Source: an uncultured Myxococcales bacterium
GTDB lineage: Bacteria; Myxococcota; UBA4151
DNA length: 48,738 bases
Direction: 5' to 3'
NCBI GenBank assembly: GCA_964013405.1
Contig: CAXGWI010000011.1
Span: 1-48,738, forward strand
Made by a program: the position numbers and the translations under genes. The notes beneath the pieces are model-generated. The model made no database searches. It was not told the DNA's origin and was given only the letters and a program-made list of their open reading frames with translations. Each line of letters begins with the position of its first letter. Within the stretch, counting starts at the first letter, position 1. Shown one piece after another: positions 1-10,170 of this stretch.

Positions 1-1
1 C

Positions 2-77
2 GCCCAGGTAGCTCAGTCGGTAGAGCAGTGGACTGAAAATCCTCGTGTCGGCGGTTCAATTCCGTCCCTGGGCACCA
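2..77 (+). tRNA. tRNA-Phe (GAA)
   Basis: 76-nt cloverleaf: acceptor stem GCCCAGG/CCTGGGC, D arm GCTC/GAGC, anticodon GAA at 35-37, T loop TTCAATT, encoded CCA end. Confidence 0.98.
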
Positions 78-82
78 GCCTT

Positions 83-116
83 GCCGGATCCCGTGGTGGG
101 TCCGGTTTTGCTTTTT
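83..116 (+). terminator. Intrinsic terminator after tRNA-Phe
   Basis: Stem GCCGGATCC (83-91) / GGGTCCGGT (98-106) with two G-U pairs, followed by TTTGCTTTTT. Confidence 0.75.
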
Positions 117-236
117 AAGGTTGAGAAATTCAGTTGAAGGCCATCCAGCCCTGTGCTTAGTGGCGCCCGTTAACCGAAACTGCCTCCTGCGAAAGATCCG
201 TAGGGGGCGACACAAACGAAGAGAAAACAAGGAGTC

Positions 237-2181
<1,945 letters not shown>

Positions 2182-2195
2182 TCCGTCCCCGGCTG

Positions 2196-2236
2196 AAAAG
2201 AGAGGCAGGGAGTTCGCTCCCTGCTTTTCTTTTTTT
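2196..2236. terminator. Bidirectional intrinsic terminator between groEL and the convergent operon
   Basis: AAAAGAGAGGCAGGGAG-TTCG-CTCCCTGCTTTTCTTTTTTT: long stem, TTCG loop, T run on + side and A run on the other. Confidence 0.9.
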
Positions 2237-2238
2237 GA

Positions 2239-3006
2239 CTAGGGGCTGCGCAGGGCCTTCTCCGTGAAATGCTCCGCGCTGAAGCTTTTGTTTCGATCCA
2301 GCTTGAGCATCTCCATCTGGGTTGCACTCCCGCGCTTAAGGTCCTTCATCACCGCCTTGGTGACCATCCATCGGCCGTCTACCTTTTTGAGCTTCTTGAC
2401 GGTCAAAACCTTCAGTGCCGTCTTGCCATCTCGGCCAAAGAACCGGGTACGCATCGGCACCAATGCCTTCGGGTGGATGAGTGAAATAATCCGACCATAG
2501 CCGGTGGACTGAACCCGCTTCGAATCGGGGCGGCTCTCCACCTGTTTACAGGTTGCTTTGCCGCACTTTGCATCCGCAAGGAACCGGTGCTTGCTGTCAC
2601 CGGAATCAGCCCCTTCGAGATCCGAATAGGAAAAGTCAGTCCCCATGAATCGGTCGGAGCGATTGCTGGCAGCGATTGGGCGGATCTTATCGTAGCTTGG
2701 TTGGTACATGAGTTGGGTGCTGCTGCCATCGGGTTCATCTCTAAGTAGCATGCCTGTGCCTGACAGTTCAGCCGGTGCGAGAAAGCGAACGAGCGTATGT
2801 TGTCGCCCCTCAAGGGTTGCGCTGATGATCTGCAGTCGCCGGCGGCTAAGGGTGCCGCGAGGGCTACGAATCGTCAGTTTTAGATCAACTTCAGCCGTCC
2901 CCGAGAACCCCATCGCGTCGTGCTCAAGAACCTTCGCCATAAAGGTCGTCGCATCCGGGCTTGCTGGGGTTGGGGCGGCGATGAGTAGGCTAGAGAGGAG
3001 GAGCAT
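2239..3006 (-). CDS. LolA-like outer-membrane lipoprotein-sorting family protein
   Basis: N-terminal hydrophobic signal; family motifs LVRFLAPAELSGTGML and FMGTDFSYSDL; C-terminal FTEKAL. Confidence 0.8.
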   Translation of the reverse strand: MLLLSSLLIAAPTPASPDATTFMAKVLEHDAMGFSGTAEVDLKLTIRSPRGTLSRRRLQIISATLEGRQHTLVRFLAPAELSGTGMLLRDEPDGSSTQLMYQPSYDKIRPIAASNRSDRFMGTDFSYSDLEGADSGDSKHRFLADAKCGKATCKQVESRPDSKRVQSTGYGRIISLIHPKALVPMRTRFFGRDGKTALKVLTVKKLKKVDGRWMVTKAVMKDLKRGSATQMEMLKLDRNKSFSAEHFTEKALRSP

Positions 3007-4694
3007 CAGGTGTCTTCTTCCGTCAGGGTAGGGAACTGGTCGGTGACTTCGGAGGTCCTATCAAAGGCCCCCAGAGGATTTTGGGGGACCGTGGTGCGTG
3101 TCGAGGCTTCTAGGTCAACAATTTGGGCGCCATCGCCATAGGAGCGGGTAACGATTCGCTTGAGCTTACCTAAGTCGCGGACGCGCTCGGCAAGACGCTC
3201 CGAGGCCTCACGGACGCGCTCTAGCGCCTTCCTGGCTCGGTGTTCGGCTTCAAGTTGCTGCAATGCCATCTCGCTGAACCCGACGATGGTGGTGAGTGGC
3301 TGATTCAGTTCGTGGGCTGCTGTTGAGGCCATCAGTAGAGCCCCTTCGAACTCGTCTCGCTCACTGTTTCGTCGGGCCAGGTCCTCTTGAAGTTGGATTT
3401 CAGCCCTGAGATCTTGCAGGACAAACACCAGGGCCACCGGGAGGCCGCCCTCTTGAAGAAGACTTCCTGACAGACGCACGGGAATACGGGCTCCGCTGGC
3501 GCTGAGCACCTCCGATCGCTGCGCCGATAACTCGGCAGTTTGAGCCTGATCTAGGAGTTGCTCTACGTGTTGCCGATAGAATCCTTCCGGTTGCAGTTCA
3601 GCCATGGGCAACTGGCCCAACACCGTATTGGCCTCCCGCTCAAAAAGGCGCTCCGCGGCCTTGTTGTAGAGGATGACCTTCCCAGTCAGTTCTGTCGCAA
3701 CGATCGCATCCGCAGAACTCGTGATCAGGTTCTCGAGGAAGTCTTTCGTGGCGGTGAGTTCCCGCTGTAGGCGGATCTCGGCGGTGATCTCTCGAAAGGA
3801 GAGGATCACGCCTTCTGCCTTGCCGCCGAGGGCACCGCAACTCAGACTCAGGATCGATTCTTCCCCTGAGGGGCGGTGGAGTCGAAGATGAAAGTCCCTT
3901 GGGAACACCTGGGCTTGAAAGCCATGGATCATCTGCTCGATTCGTCCTCTTTCGCCGGGGGAAGCCAGGTCAACCAATCGGGGGGGCTGGGCGGACAAAG
4001 TGCAGCCTAGGAGGCGCTGTCCTTCAAGGTTTGCGCTCAGGATGCGTCCTTGCATGTCCAAAACGGCCATGCCCTCCGCTGCATACTCAAAAAACTCCTC
4101 GAATCGGGCGCTGTCCTTCAACTTGCTTTCCGCAAGCATGCGAGCTCTTTGGGCTTGAGCCTGCTGTCGTCGGGCCGTCTCTAGGGTTTCGAACAGGTGT
4201 AATGCAGTCGCACAAGTGCCTGCCACCACTTCACCAAACTGAAGAGTGGCTTGGCTGGGAGATGCTCCCCCCACTGGGCGGCGGAGGAAGATACAGCCCT
4301 TTAGGCGCCCCTCGAACAGCAGGGGGAGAATTAATGCGGCACCACCCCCTGCCCGGACAAGTTCGCTTCGGACCCCGACAAGGGAGGGGTCCGAGGCAAC
4401 ATCCTCGATCAGGACGGTATTGCGGGTTTCGATGAGCCGCTGGAGTTCCGGATATTTTTTTAGATCCAGACTCAAGACGCCCTCTTCGTCGCTCCGGTCG
4501 GTGGCGGCGACCACTTGGGCTGTCTCTCCACCCGGCTCGAAAAGCAGGATCGCGGCCCGGGTAAACTCCACTCGGCCCGCAAGCATCTGATTTAAACGGG
4601 ACAGCAGGGCCCGAGGGTCCCGACTGGTGACCAACTCTCGCGTGACTTTGGCGAGGGTCTCTAGATCGGTACTTGCCCGTCCCGGTTCACTCAA
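3006..4694 (-). CDS. GAF-PAS-PAS sensor with HisKA (DHp) domain and no HATPase domain
   Basis: GAF-like N-terminus (LILPLLFEGRLKGCIFL), two PAS-like segments (FFEYAAEGMAVLDMQGRILSAN; LITSSADAIVATELTGKVILYNKAAERLF), H-box AAHELNQPLTTIVG; TTG start. Confidence 0.8.
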   Translation of the reverse strand: MSEPGRASTDLETLAKVTRELVTSRDPRALLSRLNQMLAGRVEFTRAAILLFEPGGETAQVVAATDRSDEEGVLSLDLKKYPELQRLIETRNTVLIEDVASDPSLVGVRSELVRAGGGAALILPLLFEGRLKGCIFLRRPVGGASPSQATLQFGEVVAGTCATALHLFETLETARRQQAQAQRARMLAESKLKDSARFEEFFEYAAEGMAVLDMQGRILSANLEGQRLLGCTLSAQPPRLVDLASPGERGRIEQMIHGFQAQVFPRDFHLRLHRPSGEESILSLSCGALGGKAEGVILSFREITAEIRLQRELTATKDFLENLITSSADAIVATELTGKVILYNKAAERLFEREANTVLGQLPMAELQPEGFYRQHVEQLLDQAQTAELSAQRSEVLSASGARIPVRLSGSLLQEGGLPVALVFVLQDLRAEIQLQEDLARRNSERDEFEGALLMASTAAHELNQPLTTIVGFSEMALQQLEAEHRARKALERVREASERLAERVRDLGKLKRIVTRSYGDGAQIVDLEASTRTTVPQNPLGAFDRTSEVTDQFPTLTEEDT

Positions 4695-4736
4695 GCCACG
4701 CCCCCTGCCTTTCTTTGGTGCCTTAGCCGAATTGGG

Positions 4737-5699
4737 TCAAGAACCCCGAAATGGATCCCAGCCGGCCGGTTCGAGCAGGCCGCCTTCGGTGTTCACGATG
4801 CCCGGGGTTTCAGCCATTGTGCCAATTCGGGTCAGTGGCACGGCAAGGGCCTCGCTCAGATCGCCCATGGCCTCCTCCCGATGGGGGGGGACCGTAAAGA
4901 GCAGTTCGAAATCTTCTCCTCCATCGAGCACCCATGGCCTGGTGGAGCAGGCGAGTTCCGTCGCAACGCGTTTTGCGAGGGGGGAGACCGGCAGACGCTT
5001 CATGTCGAGGAGCGCACCTCGGCACTTGTCGTGGAGGAGGCTCGTCAGGTCCGTTAGAAGGCCATCTGAAATGTCACAACAACTGGTGGCAACCCCTGAT
5101 CGATTGAGCGCTAAGCCCAAGAGGACCCGGTGCCGGACAGCGTAAAAATCAGCGACAAGCCCTCGGTTTCGCCCCCCCCGTTCGAGGTAGTCAACGGCTG
5201 CGGAAGACCCGCCGAGATTGCCACTCACCCAAATACCATCGTCTGGACGAGCGCCTTGGCGCAGGAGCAGGCGACCTTTTTGTGCAGTGCCACCGATGGT
5301 TAGACAGACGGAGGTGTGATCGCCCCGCGTCAGGTCGCCACCGATCAGATCGATATTCCAGAGGCCAACGATTTGGCCAAATCGCTGGGCAAAAGCCATG
5401 AGCCAATCTCGATCCTGGGCCTTTGAGAGCGTAAGCGCAACGGTGATCCACCGGGGGGTTGCCCCCATGGCAGCGAGATCACTCACGGTGGCTGCAAGGC
5501 AGCGGCCTGCTAAGTCTTCCGGCCCGATCCATCGATGACGAAAATGTTGATTTTCAACGAACTGGTCCGTGCTGATACACTCAGGCCCATGGGCCAGGTC
5601 GATCACGGCCGCATCATCGCCGGGCCCCAACAGTGTTTTCGGGTCCTTATAGCCCCTTGCGAGGCCAACAAACTGATCGATTAACTGGCGCTCGGACAC
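4737..5699 (-). CDS. thiL: Thiamine-phosphate kinase
   Basis: GPGDDAAV, SDLAAMGATP, LIGGDLT, DISDGL, GGEDFELLFT, terminal GWDPF. Confidence 0.95.
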   Translation of the reverse strand: MSERQLIDQFVGLARGYKDPKTLLGPGDDAAVIDLAHGPECISTDQFVENQHFRHRWIGPEDLAGRCLAATVSDLAAMGATPRWITVALTLSKAQDRDWLMAFAQRFGQIVGLWNIDLIGGDLTRGDHTSVCLTIGGTAQKGRLLLRQGARPDDGIWVSGNLGGSSAAVDYLERGGRNRGLVADFYAVRHRVLLGLALNRSGVATSCCDISDGLLTDLTSLLHDKCRGALLDMKRLPVSPLAKRVATELACSTRPWVLDGGEDFELLFTVPPHREEAMGDLSEALAVPLTRIGTMAETPGIVNTEGGLLEPAGWDPFRGS

Positions 5700-8035
5700 G
5701 GGGGGGAGTCCTCAGCGAGCGCGACCGCAAAGACTTCTGAGATATCTTCGCAAGGGACGATCGTCAGCTTGCGTCGAACCTCATCTGGCAATTGGTCGAT
5801 CTCCACCGCGTTACCTTGCGGAATACAAATGGTGTCGATTCCTGCCCGTAATGCGGCGATCGACTTTTCTTTGAGACCACCGATCGCAAGCACCCTGCCG
5901 CGCAGTGTAATCTCTCCGGTCATGGCCACGTTGCGTCGAACCGGTCGGCCGGTCAGGAGGCTGAGAATCACAGTGGCCATGGTGATCCCCGCGCTGGGCC
6001 CATCTTTTGGGATCGCGCCGGCCGGGACGTGCACATGGAGATCCTGTTCCTGAAGGGCATCCACGTCGAGTCCCAGGCTGTCGGCCCTGGCCCGAAGATA
6101 GGTCAGAGCAGCCCGCACACTCTCCTTCATGACATCACCCAGTTGCCCCGTGAGAATCAGGCTTCCCTTGCCCTTCATTAGACTGGCTTCAACCACGAGA
6201 ACCTGCCCGCCGGTAGGGGTCCATGCGAGGCCGTTGGCGCAGCCGATGGCGTCTTCCGTGAGTTCGGGGTCACTCTTAAAGCGGGGGGGGCCTAAATAGC
6301 GCTTCAGCCCCTTCGGCGTGATGGTTGTCCGGGTAATTTCGCCGCTGACGATGCGACGAGCGACCTTTCGGCAGATGGTGCCGACTTTGCGCTCTAACTC
6401 CCGGAGCCCGGCCTCCCGGGTGTGGCCTTCAATCAGGGCCTTGATCGCTGGCGTGGTGATGTGAATCTCATCCTCGTTCAGCCCATTTTGGCTCGCTTGC
6501 CTGTCGACGATGTAGCGTTTTGCGATCTCGGTTTTCTCCCGGGCCGTGTAGCCGGGGATTCTGATGATTTCGAGGCGATCTCTTAAAGCCGAAGGGATCG
6601 GATCCGGCAGGTTCGCATTGGCGAGGAAGAGGACTTTGGAGAGATCAAAGGGCAGGTTGATATAATGATCCCGAAAACTGTGATTCTGCTCCGGGTCAAG
6701 GACTTCAAGCAAAGCACTGGCCGGATCACCTCGGAAGTCCGCACCGACCTTGTCGAGTTCGTCGAGCATGATGACTGGATTGATCGTTCCCGCCAGCTTC
6801 ATGGCCTGGATGATACGACCGGGCATGGCGCCCACGTAGGTGCGGCGGTGCCCTCGTATTTCGGCTTCATCCCGCATGCCGCCCAAGGCGATTCTTGAGA
6901 ATTCCCGCCCGAGGGCGCGGGCGATACTCTTCCCGATGGAGGTTTTGCCGACACCGGGGGGCCCAACGAGACAGAGAATGGGGCCCTTGAGATCCGGATT
7001 CTTCTGCCGCACGGACAGGTATTCAAGGATGCGCTCTTTGACCTCCTTCAGGCCATAATGATCATCGTCGAGGATTTTCTCCGCCTCTTGGACATCCAGC
7101 TCATCTTCTGTCTCGATGTTCCAGGGCAGGTCGCAGATCCACTCCAGATAACTACGAACATTGGATGCTTCCGTACTCTCCGGATTGAGGTGCTCAAGTC
7201 GACGTAACTGTTTGAGCGCTTCGGCCTGCCCTTCTTCGGGGAGGTCGAGGCCTTCGATCCGCTCCCGAAGTTCGGCGACGGGGTCGTCATCCTCTGTTTG
7301 ATCGCCGAGCTCCCGGCGAATTTGGCGCATCTGTTCCCGGAGAAAGCCTTCCCGCTGCGCCCGTGTGAGCCGACGGGGGCGCTTCTCTTCGCTTCCGCTG
7401 GAGTCCAGTTTGCGCTTCAAAAGCCCGCTAACAACCCGCAGGCGCTCCACGGGATCGTTGATCTCAAGGACCTTTTGGGCCTCGGAGGCCGGCAGTTGCA
7501 GTTGGGCCGCGGTGAGGTCGGCGAGGCGGCCCGGGTCCTGGACCCCCTTCAGCACCATGACTGTATCATTGCCGGGGCCACGACCGAGCTTGTGCAATGC
7601 GTCGAGATTTTGCCGCAGCTCCTGAATGAGTTCTTGGCACTCTCCCGAGAGTTCGCTGGGTTCAATATCTTCGATTTCCTCGAAGCTGACCCGCATGCAG
7701 GGGTGGGTCTGGGTGATGCCAACTCGACGGGCCTTAATCAGCCCCTGAACGAGCACCTTCATGCCTCCATCGCCCACCCGATGCATGCGCATGACCATCG
7801 CGATGCAGCCGATCGTCGGCAGATCATCCCGCTCAGGGCTCTCCGTTCGGGGGTCTTTCTGAGTGACCAGGAAGACGAGTCTGCCTTGGGATAAACTCTC
7901 TTCGATGGCCGCAATCGACGCTCGGCGCCCAACGCGAATCGGCGCGATCATGAATGGAAAAACCACCAAGTCTCGCAGGGCGAGGACCGGTAGTTCGCTG
8001 GGGATCTCGATGGCGCTTGGCTGGTTCAATGGCAA
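5681..8035 (-). CDS. lon: ATP-dependent Lon protease (LonA type)
   Basis: N-domain LPVLALRDLVVFP; Walker A GPPGVGKT; GHRRTYVGAMPG; Walker B MLDELDK; catalytic PKDGPSAG and IGGLKEK. Start TTG 8035 or 8029. Confidence 0.97.
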   Translation of the reverse strand: MPLNQPSAIEIPSELPVLALRDLVVFPFMIAPIRVGRRASIAAIEESLSQGRLVFLVTQKDPRTESPERDDLPTIGCIAMVMRMHRVGDGGMKVLVQGLIKARRVGITQTHPCMRVSFEEIEDIEPSELSGECQELIQELRQNLDALHKLGRGPGNDTVMVLKGVQDPGRLADLTAAQLQLPASEAQKVLEINDPVERLRVVSGLLKRKLDSSGSEEKRPRRLTRAQREGFLREQMRQIRRELGDQTEDDDPVAELRERIEGLDLPEEGQAEALKQLRRLEHLNPESTEASNVRSYLEWICDLPWNIETEDELDVQEAEKILDDDHYGLKEVKERILEYLSVRQKNPDLKGPILCLVGPPGVGKTSIGKSIARALGREFSRIALGGMRDEAEIRGHRRTYVGAMPGRIIQAMKLAGTINPVIMLDELDKVGADFRGDPASALLEVLDPEQNHSFRDHYINLPFDLSKVLFLANANLPDPIPSALRDRLEIIRIPGYTAREKTEIAKRYIVDRQASQNGLNEDEIHITTPAIKALIEGHTREAGLRELERKVGTICRKVARRIVSGEITRTTITPKGLKRYLGPPRFKSDPELTEDAIGCANGLAWTPTGGQVLVVEASLMKGKGSLILTGQLGDVMKESVRAALTYLRARADSLGLDVDALQEQDLHVHVPAGAIPKDGPSAGITMATVILSLLTGRPVRRNVAMTGEITLRGRVLAIGGLKEKSIAALRAGIDTICIPQGNAVEIDQLPDEVRRKLTIVPCEDISEVFAVALAEDSPPCPSAS

Positions 8036-8121
8036 AGCTCCCAGGTCGGCCCTAGCATGGGGGGGAGGTGCCCGTTAAGCCTAGCTCTGGAGGCCGGGCC
8101 TTGGACGTGTAAGAAGGGCTT

Positions 8122-9345
8122 ATGACCGCTGTTTATGTCCACTACCCCTATTGCGAGACCTTGTGTCCATACTGTGACTTTTTTTCGAGTACCAGATCCG
8201 AGGACCAAGGCTTTTTCCCGGCCCTCATCCGGGATCTTGAGCGTTGGAATCACTGGCTCGACGAGGGGCCGGTTCGAAGTCTCTATTTCGGTGGCGGTAC
8301 GCCCAGTCGTATGTCGGTAGCTGGGCTTCGGCAGGTGATGACGACGGTCGCTCGGCTCTGGGGGTGGCCAGCGTCGCCTGCCTCGCCGGCCGAGGTCACA
8401 TTGGAGGCGAACCCCGGGGATGTGACACCAGCCCTGTTGGCGGCTTGGAGGGAAGCGGGGGTCACGCGCATCTCCCTGGGGAGCCAGAGTTTTCGGGACG
8501 AAGAACTTCAGTTTCTTGGGCGCCGTCACGACGCCGCTCAGGCGCTGGATGCTGCGAGGATGATCGCTGATGCTGGGTTTGCGAGTTACTCTCTCGACCT
8601 GATCTTTGGCCTGCCTGGGCAGAGCGATCGGGATCTAGACGAGAGCCTCGACATGTTGGCCGCCCTACGTCCCCCCCATGTCAGTCTCTACGGGCTGACC
8701 ATCGAGGAGGGGACAGCCTTTGGGACAGCCCTTGCCCAGGGACTCTTCGATGAAATGAAGAGAGATCAGTGGCTTGGCATGTACCAGCGGGTTTGTCAGT
8801 GGGCTCAATCTCTTCACTATCACCATTATGAGGTCAGTAATTTTGCCCAACCGGGCCATGAAAGCCGCCACAACCGCCAGTATTGGCGCAATCGATCTTG
8901 GGTTGGTGTCGGGCCCGCGGCCCATGGCCAGCGCCTCACAGCCGAGGGGCTCGAACGACGGGGGAACCCCCGCTCGGTGCGGGCCTGGCGTCAAAATCTA
9001 GAGGCGACGGATAGGCCCTTCCTCGCAGGGGCCGGTCTAAGGGAGTCTCTGTCGGCGGATGCCTGGTTGCGGGAAGCCTGCATGATCGGCCTACGGGATC
9101 TTGAGTTGGGGATCGCGCCAGAGCGCTGGTGTGGGGAGTTCGGCCTCGACGATCCTGCCCTCTTTGCCGCGATCCAAGCGGCGAAAGCGTCTGGCTGGAT
9201 TGAGCGCAGCGGTGCCTGTCGATTGACGTCAAAGGGCCTTTTGGTCGCCGATCAGGTTGCCGAGCGACTCTTGAACGCCACCCTTGGCAGTGACCAGTTG
9301 CAAGGGGCTAGTGTTCTAGGGCAAGTGCCCCGAGCCGATGTTTAG
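8122..9345 (+). CDS. hemW: Radical SAM heme chaperone HemW
   Basis: YVHYPYCETLCPYCDF, YFGGGTPS, EANPG, YEVSNFA, HNRQYW (HemW-type HNxxYW); usual position upstream of grpE-dnaK. Confidence 0.88.
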   Translation: MTAVYVHYPYCETLCPYCDFFSSTRSEDQGFFPALIRDLERWNHWLDEGPVRSLYFGGGTPSRMSVAGLRQVMTTVARLWGWPASPASPAEVTLEANPGDVTPALLAAWREAGVTRISLGSQSFRDEELQFLGRRHDAAQALDAARMIADAGFASYSLDLIFGLPGQSDRDLDESLDMLAALRPPHVSLYGLTIEEGTAFGTALAQGLFDEMKRDQWLGMYQRVCQWAQSLHYHHYEVSNFAQPGHESRHNRQYWRNRSWVGVGPAAHGQRLTAEGLERRGNPRSVRAWRQNLEATDRPFLAGAGLRESLSADAWLREACMIGLRDLELGIAPERWCGEFGLDDPALFAAIQAAKASGWIERSGACRLTSKGLLVADQVAERLLNATLGSDQLQGASVLGQVPRADV

Positions 9346-9353
9346 GTGTGGTT

Positions 9354-10145
9354 ATGAACGAAGAAGAAAACAGTCTCAATGAGCTCCTTGGCGAGGCCGT
9401 GGCCGCCGTGGAGAAGACGGGCGCTCCGGAGCCCGTCAGTGGGACAGCGCCCGTTGTTGAGCCGGCTCGCCCGCTTAGGGTTCCGCCGCGTATTGATGGC
9501 ACTGAGCCCAAGCCGCTGGCTACGCCAGTGCCAACTCCTCCCCCCTCACGGGCTCCTGAACCGGAGCCGGAACTTCAGTTTGAAGATTCGCTCAGCGATG
9601 CGCTCAGCGAGGAAGCAGACGCAGCAGAGGAGGAGAGCCCCTTGGTGGCCCTACAAGCCGAGAACGAGAAGTTGAGCACGAAGAATGAGGAGCTTTCCAC
9701 CCGGCATCTGCGATTGATGGCCGACTTCGACAACTTCCGTAAGCGGAATGCTCGAGAACGGGCTGCAGAGCGGCGCTATGCCAGCGAGCCGGTGCTCCGT
9801 GAGTTGCTCGAGGTCGTGGATAATATGGACCGGGCCATCTCTGCTGGGGCAGATAATCCGAAGTTGCTGAGCGAAGGTGTCTCCATGATTCGCAATCAGT
9901 TGATCAGTATGCTCGCTCGTTTCGGTGCAACGCCATTCGACTCGACCGGGGGGACCTTCGATCCGGAGTTACAAGAGGCGGTGGCCAATATCCCAGATGC
10001 CCGCAAAGAGGGGGAAGTGATCGAAGAACTCCAGAAGGGTTATCACTTCCATGATCGTATCTTACGCCCAGCGCGAGTCGTGGTCAGCGCAGGAAATCTG
10101 GACAATAAAAACGAAAGACTTCCTAATGGCGGGGATAACCCATAA
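9354..10145 (+). CDS. grpE: Nucleotide exchange factor GrpE with long N-terminal extension
   Basis: LRLMADFDNFRKR, LLEVVDNMDRA, FDPELQEAV, QKGYHFHDRILRPARVVV; start ATG 9354 or GTG 9348. Confidence 0.95.
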   Translation: MNEEENSLNELLGEAVAAVEKTGAPEPVSGTAPVVEPARPLRVPPRIDGTEPKPLATPVPTPPPSRAPEPEPELQFEDSLSDALSEEADAAEEESPLVALQAENEKLSTKNEELSTRHLRLMADFDNFRKRNARERAAERRYASEPVLRELLEVVDNMDRAISAGADNPKLLSEGVSMIRNQLISMLARFGATPFDSTGGTFDPELQEAVANIPDARKEGEVIEELQKGYHFHDRILRPARVVVSAGNLDNKNERLPNGGDNP

Positions 10146-10170
10146 GTCTACGACTTAGAGGTCAGACTAT

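Noticed and set aside
1..236. tRNA-Phe as an integration site
   Set aside because: No integrase and no repeat of the tRNA 3' end seen; core genes follow immediately.
8054..8080. Sigma32 promoter for lon (CCCCATGC on minus strand)
   Set aside because: Good -10, but the nearest -35-like CTTAAC is only 10 nt away, shorter than the usual 13-14.
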